A DNA stretch of 63,393 nt, counting the filler, from Lenisia limosa (taxonomy: Eukaryota; Protista; Breviatea), in NCBI GenBank assembly GCA_001655205.1. It is 12 parts of 12 records of this genome, joined end to end, with 100 filler letters (N's around TTAATTAATTAA, not from the genome) between each part and the next. Parts side by side here need not be neighbours in the genome. Positions count along the whole stretch, not along the records: positions 60,979 to 63,393 come from LPNZ01008867.1; 11 more parts are not named here. One strand, written 5' to 3'. Numbering within the stretch: position 1 is the stretch's first letter; the number at the start of each line of letters is the position of its first letter. Positions 63,324 through 63,393 of the stretch are shown here, piece after piece. A program made the position numbers and the translations under genes. The notes under the pieces were generated by a model. That model worked only from the letters and a program-made list of their open reading frames with translations. It had not been told where the DNA came from and searched no databases.

Positions 63324-63393
63324 ACAATGCATATGTCAAAAGCAAGAGAGTTGGGGGGCCTCACGATGTACGTGTCAAAAGCAAGAGATTTGG
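63281..63393 (+). repeat. 39-bp tandem repeat (>=3 units) spanning a RAD9 exon end and donor
   Basis: cctca(t/c)(g/a)atg....gtcaaaagcaagagagttgggggg, repeated to the window end. Confidence 0.9.

Noticed and set aside
63281-63393. CRISPR-like array
   Set aside because: Units are near-identical 39-mers without unique spacers, in a eukaryotic gene.

Overview
Eukaryotic, AT-rich, very intron-dense draft genome segment. It is probably a flagellated microbial opisthokont, inferred from gene content and not verifiable here. It is broken by many N gaps, 11 of which carry an artificial TTAATTAATTAA spacer. Genes assembled by hand from exons: an ankyrin-repeat protein, a large RasGEF (REM + CDC25), a CEP162-like centriolar coiled-coil protein, glucosidase II beta subunit, the N-terminus of MON2, a histidine acid phosphatase, AP-3 sigma, RPL12, a cyclophilin, the N-terminal third of a xanthine dehydrogenase/aldehyde oxidase, a TRM9-like tRNA methyltransferase, RAD9 and several unidentified fragments. 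Several genes are cut at scaffold gaps. Most six-frame ORFs in the supplied track are intron read-through artefacts. The most striking non-coding signal is a 120-140 bp dispersed repeat that always lies sense to its host gene, repeatedly supplies the 3' splice site and in one case forms an entire intron, making it an Introner-like (intron-generating) element candidate. At least four MITE-like inverted-repeat families, tandem duplications across splice junctions, a GC-rich island beside a 79-bp satellite and decayed coding relics are also present. Gene boundaries are approximate unless a start or stop codon is cited.
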